In this document: piece after piece, positions 44,558-55,822 of the stretch | Layout of the letters: each line of letters begins with the position of its first letter | Position numbering within the stretch: the stretch's first letter is position 1 | Source: Singulisphaera sp. GP187 | GTDB taxonomy: Bacteria > Planctomycetota > GCA-002687715 | Reading direction: 5' to 3' | Length of the DNA: 64,000 nt | Assembly: GCA_945907755.1 (NCBI GenBank) | Contig: CAMDTN010000002.1 | Coordinates: 55 to 64,054 of the forward strand | Position numbers and translations under genes: made by a program | The notes under the pieces: generated by a model | The model's input: only the letters and a program-made list of their open reading frames with translations | Told to the model about the DNA's origin: nothing | Database searches by the model: none

Positions 44558-45313
44558 CTAAGTGGTTTTAAACCCAACGATGCGCGCGAAGTCATCGGCT
44601 TGCAGGGCAGCACCGCCCACCAGTGCGCCGTCGATGTCAATTTCGCGCATCAGTGTGTCGATATTCGAACCCTTGACGCTGCCACCGTAGAGGATGCGCA
44701 GATCTTCGGCCAAGGCTCCGACGCGTTCGCGCAAGGCGCTGCGCAGCAAGGCGTGCACCTCTTGTGCTTGGGCGGGCGTGGCCGTGCGGCCCGTGCCGAT
44801 GGCCCACACCGGTTCGTAAGCGATGGTCAGGCGAGGGAGGTCGTCTCTGGTGACGGCGTCAAGGGCTGCATGCAGTTGGCGCAGGACCACGCTGGAGGTC
44901 TGCCCAGCATCGCGCTCGCTCTGGGTTTCGCCCACACACAGGATGGGGCTGAGCCCCGCTGCCAACGCGCGCACCAATTTGGCGGCCACGGTGGCGTCGC
45001 TTTCGCCAAACACATGGCGGCGTTCAGAATGGCCCAAAATGACCATACTCGCCCCAGTGGAGCGCAGCATCGAGGCGCTCACCGCACCGGTGAAAGCGCC
45101 ATCTTCTTGAGCGGCACAGTCTTGGCCACCGGTGTGAATGCGCGTTGCAGCCAAGGTCTTGGCCACTGCCGCCACGCTGACGAAGCTGGGGAACACTGCT
45201 ACATCGCGCTCGGGGTGGGCCCCGATGAGCCGCTGCAGTTCCTCCGCCAGACGGACGGAGTCCGCCAAGGTGAGGTTCATCTTCCAGTTGCCTGCCAGAA
45301 AGGGGCGTCGCAT
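44558..45313 (-). CDS. tpiA: Triosephosphate isomerase
   Basis: NWKMN, GHSERR, AYEPVWAIGTG and YGGSV motifs. Confidence 0.85.
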   Translation of the reverse strand: MRRPFLAGNWKMNLTLADSVRLAEELQRLIGAHPERDVAVFPSFVSVAAVAKTLAATRIHTGGQDCAAQEDGAFTGAVSASMLRSTGASMVILGHSERRHVFGESDATVAAKLVRALAAGLSPILCVGETQSERDAGQTSSVVLRQLHAALDAVTRDDLPRLTIAYEPVWAIGTGRTATPAQAQEVHALLRSALRERVGALAEDLRILYGGSVKGSNIDTLMREIDIDGALVGGAALQADDFARIVGFKTT

Positions 45314-45349
45314 GGGTCGGGCATGGTAGCCACGCCCCGCTCAGTCGGA

Positions 45350-45400
45350 AAGGCACAAGGCCAGCGCCGCGCCGGAGCGCCGCACTGGCCTTGAATGCAC
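45350..45400 (-). terminator. Possible GC-rich hairpin terminator downstream of groEL
   Basis: GGCCAG ... CTGGCC inverted repeat followed on the minus strand by a short T/C-rich stretch. Weak T-tract. Confidence 0.3.
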
Positions 45401-45429
45401 TGCGAACGGGTTCGTGCAGATTGGTTGGA

Positions 45430-47100
45430 TCAGAAATCCATACCGCCCATACCACCCATTCCGCCCATGCCTCCCATCCCACCCATGCCGCCACCGCCGC
45501 CTGGCGCAGAGGCCTTCTTCTTCTCGGGGATCTCCGAGATGAGGGCTTCAGTGGTCAACAACAGCGACGCGACAGACGCTGCGTTTTGCAGCGCGGTACG
45601 CACCACCTTGGTGGGGTCGATGACGCCGGACTTCACCAAGTCTTCGTACTCGCCCTTGGCCGCGTTGAAGCCCCAGTTCTTGGAGGGGTTCTTCAGCACA
45701 TCTTGCACCACCACGGAGCCTTCAAAGCCGGCGTTCTCGGCGATCTGGCGCATGGGAGCTGACAGCGCGCGTTGCACGATGCCCATGCCGATGGCTTCGT
45801 CGCCTTGGGCAGTCTTGAGGTTGATGGCCGCCCCTGCACGCAGCAGCGCGACGCCGCCGCCGGGAAGGATGCCCTCTTCCACGGCAGCACGGGTGGCGTG
45901 CAGCGCGTCTTCGACGCGGGCTTTCTTCTCCTTCATCTCGACTTCAGTGGCCGCGCCCACATTGATCTGGGCCACGCCGCCGCTCAATTTGGCCAAGCGC
46001 TCTTGCAGCTTTTCCTTGTCGTAGTCGCTGGTGGTGTCGCCGATTTCCGCGCGGATCTGCGCGATGCGGCCTTGGATGGCGGCCTTCTTGCCGGCACCGT
46101 TGATGATGGTGGTGGTGTCCTTGGTGATCTCGACGCGTTCGCACGTGCCGAGGTCTTTCAAGGCGATGGTCTCGAGGTTGAGGCCGATCTCTTCAGTGAT
46201 GGCATCGCCACCGATGAGCACCGCGATGTCTTGCAGCATGGCCTTGCGGCGGTCGCCGAAGCCAGGGGCCTTGACCGCGCAGCACTGCAACCCGCCACGC
46301 AAGCGATTGAGCACGAGGGTTGCGAGGGCTTCACCTTCGATTTCCTCGGCGATCACCAGCAAGGGGCGGCCACTGTTGGCGACCTTCTCGAGCACGGGGA
46401 GCAAGTCCTTGATCACCGCGATCTTCTTTTCGTGCACGATGATGTAGGGCTTGTCCAGCACCACTTTCATGCCCGTGGCATCGGTGATGAAGTAGGGCGA
46501 GAGATAGCCCTTGTCGAACTGCATGCCTTCGACGAGTTCCACGGTGGTTTCGAGGGATTTGCCCTCTTCCACGGTGATCACGCCGTCCTTGCCAACCTTC
46601 TCCATGGCATCGGCGATTTGGTTGCCGATGACCGTGTCGTTGTTGGCTGCAATGGCGCCGACATTGGCGATTTCGCCCTTGCCCGCAACCGCGCGCGACA
46701 TGTTCTTCAGTTCGTTCACCACTTGCTCGACGGCCTTGTCGATGCCGCGCTTGATGCCGATGGGCGAGCCGCCAGCGATCACATTGCGCAAGCCCTCTTC
46801 AAAGATGGCTTCGGCGAGAACCGTGGCGCTGGTGGTGCCGTCTCCGGCCACATCGCTGGTCTTGGATGCAACTTCCTTGACCATCTGCGCGCCCATGTTC
46901 TCCCAAGGATCTTCGAGGGTGATCTCCTTGGCAACGGTGACGCCGTCCTTGGTCACCGTGGGCGACCCAAACGACTTCTCGATGACCACATTGCGGCCCC
47001 GCGGTCCCAAAGTGACCTTCACCGCACGAGCCAGTTTCCTGACGCCATTGCGGAGGTTCTCGTGGACCTCTTGATCAAACGCGATTTTTTTTGCACCCAT
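45430..47100 (-). CDS. groL: Chaperonin GroEL
   Basis: Full-length Cpn60 with canonical motifs and C-terminal GGM repeat tail ([23 protein letters not shown]). Confidence 0.95.
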   Translation of the reverse strand: MGAKKIAFDQEVHENLRNGVRKLARAVKVTLGPRGRNVVIEKSFGSPTVTKDGVTVAKEITLEDPWENMGAQMVKEVASKTSDVAGDGTTSATVLAEAIFEEGLRNVIAGGSPIGIKRGIDKAVEQVVNELKNMSRAVAGKGEIANVGAIAANNDTVIGNQIADAMEKVGKDGVITVEEGKSLETTVELVEGMQFDKGYLSPYFITDATGMKVVLDKPYIIVHEKKIAVIKDLLPVLEKVANSGRPLLVIAEEIEGEALATLVLNRLRGGLQCCAVKAPGFGDRRKAMLQDIAVLIGGDAITEEIGLNLETIALKDLGTCERVEITKDTTTIINGAGKKAAIQGRIAQIRAEIGDTTSDYDKEKLQERLAKLSGGVAQINVGAATEVEMKEKKARVEDALHATRAAVEEGILPGGGVALLRAGAAINLKTAQGDEAIGMGIVQRALSAPMRQIAENAGFEGSVVVQDVLKNPSKNWGFNAAKGEYEDLVKSGVIDPTKVVRTALQNAASVASLLLTTEALISEIPEKKKASAPGGGGGMGGMGGMGGMGGMGGMDF

Positions 47101-47133
47101 GATTGTTCTCCTTCAGCTCGCGTAGAGCCGTGT

Positions 47134-47424
47134 TCAGTTGAGCGTGGCGAGGACATCCTCTTCGCCAAGCACTAGCAGTTCATCGCCATCCACTTTGATT
47201 TCGGTTCCCGCGTACGAGGCGAACAGCACGCGATCACCCGGCTTCACCTGAAGTGTCACACGGCGGCCGTCTTCGAGGAGGCGTCCTTCGCCCACAGCTT
47301 CGATGACGCCCTGACGCGGCTTCTCTTTGGCCTGCTCGGGCAAGAAGATGCCACCTGCCGTCTTCGAGTCGGCCTCGACGCGGCGCACAATGACTTTGTC
47401 ATTCAAAGGACGAAGGCTACCCAT
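47134..47424 (-). CDS. groS: Co-chaperonin GroES
   Basis: LRPLNDKVIVRRVEADSKTAGGIFLP...GDRVLFASYAGTEIKVDGDELLVL. Confidence 0.9.
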   Translation of the reverse strand: MGSLRPLNDKVIVRRVEADSKTAGGIFLPEQAKEKPRQGVIEAVGEGRLLEDGRRVTLQVKPGDRVLFASYAGTEIKVDGDELLVLGEEDVLATLN

Positions 47425-47478
47425 GTGATTCTCTCCCAAGACTCAGCGGACCGTGCCACAGCACAGCCCTGTTCCTAT

Positions 47479-47865
47479 CTAACCCAGCGCTTCAGTTCCG
47501 ATGAGCCGCGTCAATGATGCTCGCAACTCGCGGAGGTCCAGCGGCTTGGCTACGCATCCGTAGGCCCCGCGCTGCGCCGCACTGCCCAAGATCTCAGCGG
47601 TGATGCCGCCACTCATGAAGATCACCGGCATGCGTAGCGCCTCGAGGCGCAGGCAGTCCAAGATCGCCATGCCGTCGTCTTCCCGCACATGGACATCCAC
47701 GATGCTGAAATGAACGACTTCAAGCCGCACGATACTGAGCGCTTCATCGCGACACTCGGCCCTCGAGGCTTTGTAGCCGCAAGAGCTGAGAAAGTTGCCG
47801 ACTGCGTCCCGGACCCCCGGGTCGTCGTCGATGACTAAGCCGTGAAGACGATTGGCGCTTGCCAT
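47479..47865 (-). CDS. Single-domain response regulator (REC only)
   Basis: LHGLVIDDDPGVRDAVGNFL...DVHVREDDGMAILD...PVIFMSG is a REC fold with a candidate phospho-acceptor Asp (DVHVRE position) and no output domain. Confidence 0.55.
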   Translation of the reverse strand: MASANRLHGLVIDDDPGVRDAVGNFLSSCGYKASRAECRDEALSIVRLEVVHFSIVDVHVREDDGMAILDCLRLEALRMPVIFMSGGITAEILGSAAQRGAYGCVAKPLDLRELRASLTRLIGTEALG

Positions 47866-48137
47866 GGTGCCGCATCCTGCCGCTAACGGAAGGGCAGCGG
47901 GACGCACTTCCGACTTCGCAACTGCCGTACCTCGCGCGGACCCCTTGGCGCAGATTGCCGCAAACCGTAACTTGGCCATGGCTTCTGGGTACTTTTTGCC
48001 GTGAATGGCGCCATTGAAGGGATTCGCTCGGGCGGGGGCCCGAGCCCCGCTCGGACGGGCGCCGTTGTCAGTTTGGCAGCAGCACCTTGGGCCCATTTTT
48101 CCGCTGCCATATTGGCAGCCGAAGTTTCGAGGCAGCG

Positions 48138-49298
48138 ATGCGCAGCTTGTTGGTCACACTTGCGGTGGCGGCTCTGGTGGTGGGCGTCTGGCTCACATTT
48201 GCAGAGTCTGTGGTCCAACGAGACGGCACACTGCCGGTGACGGTGCACGACGCGGCGGCCGCCGCGCATCCAGTGCAACCTGTTGCGTCCAATCAACCGT
48301 ATGACGCCATCGGCCAAGTGGCCAAAGGTGGCGATCTCGGCAGTGACCTGCGCCAGCGCGGCGTTGTCGGCGAGGGCATCTTGAAGCTGCTTCTGCTGAC
48401 GCGGGGTGCCGACCCGCGCCAGATCGACCGCAGTTTCACTCAGATTATCCACGCCATCTTGCAAGCCTGGGTGGAAGACCCGGCGCGGGTGGACGCCGAT
48501 GTGCAAGCGTTGCTGCGCGCTTTCGATGAGGTGCACGACCCAGCATTCCGCTACGCGCTGTCTTGGCTGTTCGAAAAAACCAAAGACGACCGCTTCGTGG
48601 ATGCGTTGGTGACTGTGGCGCGCACGGACGCGCAACGCGGTTTGCATGCGTTGGGCAACTTGGGAACCAAAGAGGCCTTGCAGCGGGTGCGCGCTTTGCT
48701 GCCAGTGTTGGAAGATTCGGCTGCACGCATCCTCGCGTTGCAGCGGCTCGCGGCGGGGAATGCCGAAGGGGCCGCATCGTTGTTCCGCCAGTGGGCGCTT
48801 GCGGGCGAAAAGCCCAGTGACGAACGCATCGTTGCGACAGAATCCCTCGCGCTCATCGAAGGCGATCCAGAGGCGGCGCGCGCTGCGTTGGAGTTGGCCT
48901 TAGGCCCCGCAGTGCCGCTGCGCGATATGGGTGAACGGAAGGTCGATCACGAAATCGCCGACTTGCGCTCTGCCGCTGTGCTGGCGTTGATGCGCCGTGG
49001 CGATCTCAATGTGTTTCAAGATTTGTTGGCGCGCGCTGATGAGAATGGAGCAGACCCAGCTTTTCGCAGCATCGTGGATGCTCATGTGCACGCCTTCCAA
49101 GGTGGCGACATCACGCAACTGTTGTTGGCTCGCGCGCAGCGGCGCCGGCGCGTGAGCTATGGCGAAGCCGTGTGGTTCAACGCGCATGCAGTGGCTGCGG
49201 ATGTTGTGCGCTTGCGCGAACTTGAAACGCACGCTGCAGATGCACGCACACGCGAACTGTTGCACGCTGCCATCGGCCACGCGGCCGAGCGGCAATAG
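48138..49298 (+). CDS. Hypothetical HEAT/ARM-like repeat protein with N-terminal TM anchor
   Basis: MRSLLVTLAVAALVVGVWLTFA TM, then alpha-helical repeat-rich sequence. No catalytic motifs. Confidence 0.4.
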   Translation: MRSLLVTLAVAALVVGVWLTFAESVVQRDGTLPVTVHDAAAAAHPVQPVASNQPYDAIGQVAKGGDLGSDLRQRGVVGEGILKLLLLTRGADPRQIDRSFTQIIHAILQAWVEDPARVDADVQALLRAFDEVHDPAFRYALSWLFEKTKDDRFVDALVTVARTDAQRGLHALGNLGTKEALQRVRALLPVLEDSAARILALQRLAAGNAEGAASLFRQWALAGEKPSDERIVATESLALIEGDPEAARAALELALGPAVPLRDMGERKVDHEIADLRSAAVLALMRRGDLNVFQDLLARADENGADPAFRSIVDAHVHAFQGGDITQLLLARAQRRRRVSYGEAVWFNAHAVAADVVRLRELETHAADARTRELLHAAIGHAAERQ

Positions 49299-49301
49299 CA
49301 T

Positions 49302-50699
49302 CTAAGGGCAGTGGGTGGGCAGTGCCCCGCGCGGCAGTGCCGTGGGGTAGCGCCCGTCGAAACACGCGGTGCAGAACTTGTCGGCGCCGCCAGCAACGCA
49401 CGAGACTAGGCCTTCGTAGGACAGATAGCCAAGGCTGTCGACACCGAGGTACTCGGCGATTTCTTCCACAGTGCGTGAGGCTGCGATCAGTTCGGTGCGC
49501 GTGGGAAAGTCGATGCCGTAGAAACAAGGCCACAGCACTGGCGGGCATGAAATGCGGAAGTGGATTTCCTTCGCACCGGCTTCGCGCAAGCTGCGAATGC
49601 GCCCGAGGCTTGTGGTGCCGCGAACGATGGAATCGTCGACCACCACCACGCGCTGGCCGCCCACCACTTCTGGCACGGGCGACAATTTCAGCATCACCGC
49701 GGCCTGGCGTTCTGTATGCCCCGGCGAAATGAAGGTGCGGCCCACATAGTGGTTTTTGACGAAGCCTTTGTCTAAGGGGATGCCGGACTCGCGCGAGTAG
49801 CCTTGCGCCGCTGACAGCCCCGATTCCGGCACCGGCACGACGATGTCGGCTTCGACAGGGAATTCGCGCGCCAGTTGCCGCCCCAAGCGCGTGCGCACGA
49901 GGTGCACGTTTTCGCCAAACACGCGGCTGTCGGGACGCGCAAAATAAACATGCTCGAAGATGCACTGCGCGCTGCGCTCTGGTTCGCACCAGCGGCGGCT
50001 GTGCAGGCCCGCTGCGCTGATAGTGATGTGCTCGCCAGGTTCAATATCGCGCACATGCTTTGCGCCAAAGAGAGTGAACGCGCATGTTTCTGAAGAGACC
50101 ATCCAGACGTCGTCTTTGCGCCCAAGGGAAAGCGGGCGAAAGCCGTTGCGGTCGCGCACTGCATGCAGTTCGCCGGGGCGCAAGAAGAGCAGCGAGAACG
50201 CGCCCTGCAAGCGCAGCAGTGTGCGTTGCAAGCTGGCGTTGAAATCGGTGGATGTCTCACGCGCCAACAAAGCCAAGATTGTTTCGGTGTCAGTGGAGGT
50301 ATGGAAGCTGGCGCCGGCGGCTTCTGCTTCGCGGCGCAGCTCGCGCTTGTTCACCAAGTCGCCGTTATGCGCCACCGCCACTTGGCCTGCATGGCAGTGC
50401 ACCAGCAGCGGCTGCACATTGCGCACATCTGAGCCGCCCGAAGTGCCGTAGCGCACATGCCCGATGGCGGCGGGGTTGCGCAGGCCTTCAACCTGCGCTC
50501 TCGACAACGCTTGGGTGACTAACCCTTGCCCGCGTTCGCACAGCACGGCCTTGCTGTCGGCAGAAGCGATGCCGGCGGATTCTTGGCCGCGATGTTGCAA
50601 CGCTTGCAAGCCCGCGTGCACCATGGCAGGTGCGTTCCAGTCGCCGTACACGCCGAAGAGGCCGCAGAAATGCCGGATCTCAGCGCCCACGGGAATCAT
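49302..50699 (-). CDS. purF: Amidophosphoribosyltransferase with 11-residue propeptide
   Basis: MIPVGAEIRHF precedes the catalytic CGLFGV Ntn-Cys. Glutaminase and PRTase (VVDDSIVRGTT) domains present. Cys cluster for [4Fe-4S] (CPPVLWPCFYGID). Confidence 0.85.
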   Translation of the reverse strand: MIPVGAEIRHFCGLFGVYGDWNAPAMVHAGLQALQHRGQESAGIASADSKAVLCERGQGLVTQALSRAQVEGLRNPAAIGHVRYGTSGGSDVRNVQPLLVHCHAGQVAVAHNGDLVNKRELRREAEAAGASFHTSTDTETILALLARETSTDFNASLQRTLLRLQGAFSLLFLRPGELHAVRDRNGFRPLSLGRKDDVWMVSSETCAFTLFGAKHVRDIEPGEHITISAAGLHSRRWCEPERSAQCIFEHVYFARPDSRVFGENVHLVRTRLGRQLAREFPVEADIVVPVPESGLSAAQGYSRESGIPLDKGFVKNHYVGRTFISPGHTERQAAVMLKLSPVPEVVGGQRVVVVDDSIVRGTTSLGRIRSLREAGAKEIHFRISCPPVLWPCFYGIDFPTRTELIAASRTVEEIAEYLGVDSLGYLSYEGLVSCVAGGADKFCTACFDGRYPTALPRGALPTHCP

Positions 50700-51243
50700 C
50701 CTTCGCCAGCGCGAGTTCGCGTTCCAATTCGGCGCGGAACGGGTTGTCTTTCCATTGCGACAAAGCGCTGCGGGCATGGGCGCTGGCGCTGCGCGGGTTG
50801 CCCGCGCGGCGTTCCAACGCAGCCAATGTCACACGGGCGAGTGGGTCCGCGCTGTCGCGATCCAACATGTGCAAGAAGCGCTCGCGCGCGGCGCCAAGAT
50901 CCCCCGCGAGGTAGCGCGCGCGCCCTTGCAAGAACCACTGCTCGCGTTCTGCTTGAGCGTGACGCGTGCGGTTAGCGACTGCCAAGCGCCAAGTGTCCAC
51001 GACGCCGTACACGAAGGCGCCGAGGGCCACGGCGCAAGCGCATGCAAAAACTACGGAACTCGCCAGCGGCAGCGGCACCAATTTGCTCAGCAGTGCGATG
51101 TTCGCGGAGAAAAAAAATGTGACGAACAACATCAACGCGGTGCGCGCGCGGCCCAGCGCCCACTGCGGCAAGCCTGGCAGTGGCACCAACAACAGGGCGA
51201 AGAAGTTCGGTCGGAGTGCGCTCACGGAGTGCAGAGATACCAC
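50680..51243 (-). CDS. Hypothetical membrane protein with C-terminal TPR-like helical region
   Basis: Three predicted TM helices followed by a soluble helical region (RARYLAGDLGAARERFLHMLDRDSAD). Confidence 0.3.
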   Translation of the reverse strand: MVSLHSVSALRPNFFALLLVPLPGLPQWALGRARTALMLFVTFFFSANIALLSKLVPLPLASSVVFACACAVALGAFVYGVVDTWRLAVANRTRHAQAEREQWFLQGRARYLAGDLGAARERFLHMLDRDSADPLARVTLAALERRAGNPRSASAHARSALSQWKDNPFRAELERELALAKDDSRGR

Positions 51244-51300
51244 GACTCGCAGCGCGCGCCCACATGCCCGTGCGGAGCCCGGGATGTGAGAGCCGCGCGC

Positions 51301-51948
51301 CTATTGGGCACACGCCAAAAGGGCGAGCAGCGAGCGAGCGGTCAATTCAGGGTCGCTGGCTGCACACAGCGCACTGCTGACGGCGCTGCGTTGCAGGCCT
51401 GCTTTCGCCGCCTGCGGCAAGGTCGTGGCGTTGATGCCGCCGATGCCGAAAAGTGGCACGCGTGCAGCGGCTATTGCCGCGCCCAGCGTGGCGAGTCCTT
51501 GGCCGCGAACAGACTTGGTGCTGGAATCGAAAAGTGGGCCAAAGCCGAGGTAGTCCGCGAGCGTGGGTGCAGCCATGACCTGTTCGACGGAATGTGTGCT
51601 GAGGCCGATGATGAGTTCCGCGCCACCCTGTAGCCCTCGTACAGCGGCTACCGACTGATCCTCTTGTCCCAAGTGCACACCTTCGGCGCCGGCTTCAATG
51701 GCCGCTAGTGCATCGTCGTTGACGATCAGCGGCACCTTGTGGGCAGCAGTTAGTGCATGCACAGCGCGCACCCAGCGCACGAGTTCGGCGTTGGGCATCT
51801 GCTTCTCGCGCACTTGCACTACGGCGACGCCGCCGCGCAGTGCGGCTTGTAGTGTTTGCAATGGATCTGCGCTGCAGAGCGAACGAGTGAGCAGCAGCAT
51901 GAGGCGTGCGTTGCCGATGGCTTCCAACGCCCACAGCCGCTGCTCCAT
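51301..51948 (-). CDS. thiE: Thiamine-phosphate synthase
   Basis: VQVREKQ, LIVNDD, and GIGGI motifs of ThiE. Confidence 0.7.
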   Translation of the reverse strand: MEQRLWALEAIGNARLMLLLTRSLCSADPLQTLQAALRGGVAVVQVREKQMPNAELVRWVRAVHALTAAHKVPLIVNDDALAAIEAGAEGVHLGQEDQSVAAVRGLQGGAELIIGLSTHSVEQVMAAPTLADYLGFGPLFDSSTKSVRGQGLATLGAAIAAARVPLFGIGGINATTLPQAAKAGLQRSAVSSALCAASDPELTARSLLALLACAQ

Positions 51949-51956
51949 CGCGCTGT

Positions 51957-53984
<2,028 letters not shown>

Positions 53985-54022
53985 TCACGCGCGCTGTGCA
54001 CGCACGCGCGCAGCCAGTCGAC

Positions 54023-55771
54023 TCAGAATGCAGCCCAGTCATAGTTGCCAGCCACATTCGGCAGGAAGGTGATGTTGTTGATGCCAGTGTGCATGCTGCC
54101 CCATGGGCCGAAGGAGTAAGTCATGCCGAGGCCCGTCGGGCCCGCAACCGGGCCGCCAACAGAAAATGTTGTCATGCCAGGATCGGTGGCCGCGCCGCTG
54201 CCAGCAGCGAGAGTGCCAGCGCCGCCGGTGCTGATCCCTAACAGTTGGTTTGAACTGGTGCCTGCGGGCGCGGGAATGGGTCCGAGGCTGAGCCCGCTGA
54301 GTCCGTCGATTTGCACCGTGCCCGACGCATCAATGAGCAGCGCGAAGCTGTTCGTCACTGTGGTGCCCCAGTAGATCATGTTGGTGTAGTCCACACGAAC
54401 TGTGCTGGGATTGGGTGCGGAGACAGCGATGCTGCTGCCCGCAGCGAAATTGAGGTCGCACCAAGCACCCCAGAAGGGGTTGCCCGTGGTTGCGGCTGCG
54501 GCCGAAGCGGTGAAAGATGTATTGGGTGTCGTCCCGAACATGGCACGGCCGTTGCTGATGACATGCAACACAGTTTGCATGGCACCATAGAAAGGAACTC
54601 CTGTGGGGCCGCACAGTGGTGCGACGCCCAGTGCATAGGTGGATGACGAGTCATCGCCGACTGGGCCGGGAACAGATGCCACCGCTGTAGTTCCTGTGAG
54701 TTCACATGGCTGCGACGTGGCCAAGCCCATCGGCACTGTCGGATCCAACGAAACCACTTGCGCGCAAATGGTTCCAGGCGGCGTCGCGAAGGGGGCCGCA
54801 AATGTGCCTGGCGACGGGAAAAACGCGGGGAAGGAGCCGCCGTTCAGGAAGAACAGCGTGGGGCCTCCGAAGAGCAGATTGAACACCATGCCATTGGGCA
54901 GTGTGAGGCCGCCCGCATTGGCAGCGTTCGCTAATCCAAACTGGACGCCGATTTCGAAGGGCACGCCAAGCGTCACCGCAATGGTCGCGGTGGAGGTTGC
55001 GCCGATGCAGCGCGCCACCGACGCCGCTTGATAGCTGGTGCCAACGCCGCCGTTGATGTCAAACGAGCAAGTCGGGAGATTCACTTGATACATCGGGGTG
55101 GAGTTTGCGGGGACGAAGTCGACGCGAATAATGGGTACGAATTCGTTGTTAGAGAATGACCAAGTGGCGCTGGTGCAGTTGTTCAAAGTGCCGTAGCGAT
55201 TGCCGCCCACGGTTCCAGCGGCGCCACTGATGCCGTCCATTTGGGGGCCCCAAATGACGGTTGGAGTACCGCACTTGGTGAGTTGCACCACGAGATCGCG
55301 ACCAAGGCTCGGGTCGAACTGGAAAGGCGTGGTGAGACCGAGCGGAATCCAAGTGGCGGTGGGGCTGCCCACCGCTGCGGGGACTGCGACGCTGCTCCAC
55401 GGTCCGGCGCGCACGACCGATGCATCGGTGCCGAGGTTCGTGGCATATGTGGCGTTGTAGGCACCTACCGCGTAGTTGCTGTTCGCACTTGCGAGTGTGA
55501 CCGTGAGATTGGGCGTGCTAAAGGCATTGACCGCATTGGCGGGCGCTGCTGCGCGCACGAAAATCTCGCTGATGATGATGGGGTAATTTGCCGTGAACTG
55601 CGCGGAGTCATAAACCCAGTGCCACTTCTGATCTTGGGTGTTGTTGACCAAATAGGGTGTGGATGAAGGCCCGTCCACATTCAGGAATCCGTTGGGCAGT
55701 GTCTGGCTAATCTGCGCAGCAGCGAATCCAGCGCTCAAAAAGATGATGCAAGCAAGCAGCGAGGCGCGCAT
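54023..55771 (-). CDS. Large secreted G/T/A/N-rich protein (possible cell-surface/adhesin-like), hypothetical
   Basis: Signal peptide MRASLLACIIFLSAGFAAAQ. 582 aa low-complexity beta-rich composition. Directly downstream of the GT2 gene on the same strand. Confidence 0.45.
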   Translation of the reverse strand: MRASLLACIIFLSAGFAAAQISQTLPNGFLNVDGPSSTPYLVNNTQDQKWHWVYDSAQFTANYPIIISEIFVRAAAPANAVNAFSTPNLTVTLASANSNYAVGAYNATYATNLGTDASVVRAGPWSSVAVPAAVGSPTATWIPLGLTTPFQFDPSLGRDLVVQLTKCGTPTVIWGPQMDGISGAAGTVGGNRYGTLNNCTSATWSFSNNEFVPIIRVDFVPANSTPMYQVNLPTCSFDINGGVGTSYQAASVARCIGATSTATIAVTLGVPFEIGVQFGLANAANAGGLTLPNGMVFNLLFGGPTLFFLNGGSFPAFFPSPGTFAAPFATPPGTICAQVVSLDPTVPMGLATSQPCELTGTTAVASVPGPVGDDSSSTYALGVAPLCGPTGVPFYGAMQTVLHVISNGRAMFGTTPNTSFTASAAAATTGNPFWGAWCDLNFAAGSSIAVSAPNPSTVRVDYTNMIYWGTTVTNSFALLIDASGTVQIDGLSGLSLGPIPAPAGTSSNQLLGISTGGAGTLAAGSGAATDPGMTTFSVGGPVAGPTGLGMTYSFGPWGSMHTGINNITFLPNVAGNYDWAAF

Positions 55772-55822
55772 GGTGGACTCCAGAAGTGGCTTTGAGAATC
55801 GGTGCGGAGAAGCCCCACGAGA

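Noticed and set aside
45430-45500. Short tandem repeat (CATACC/GCCCAT-type 9-nt units) that could look like a repeat element
   Set aside because: It encodes the conserved GGM repeat C-terminal tail of GroEL.
45772-47175. 467-aa plus-strand ORF opposite groEL
   Set aside because: GroEL identity is unambiguous. The antisense frame is an artefact.
47440-47478. Search for CIRCE/HrcA operator upstream of groES
   Set aside because: No TTAGCACTC-N9-GAGTGCTAA-like inverted repeat in the 40-nt spacer or the adjacent 3' end of the REC gene.
48034-48062. GC hairpin GGGGC-CCGA-GCCCC in the REC/HEAT intergenic region
   Set aside because: No T-tract and it lies in a divergent promoter region. Unlikely to be a terminator.
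48073-48125. Two TTGGCAG motifs resembling sigma-54 -24 elements upstream of the HEAT-like gene
   Set aside because: No TTGC(A/T) -12 element at the required 5-nt spacing in either case.
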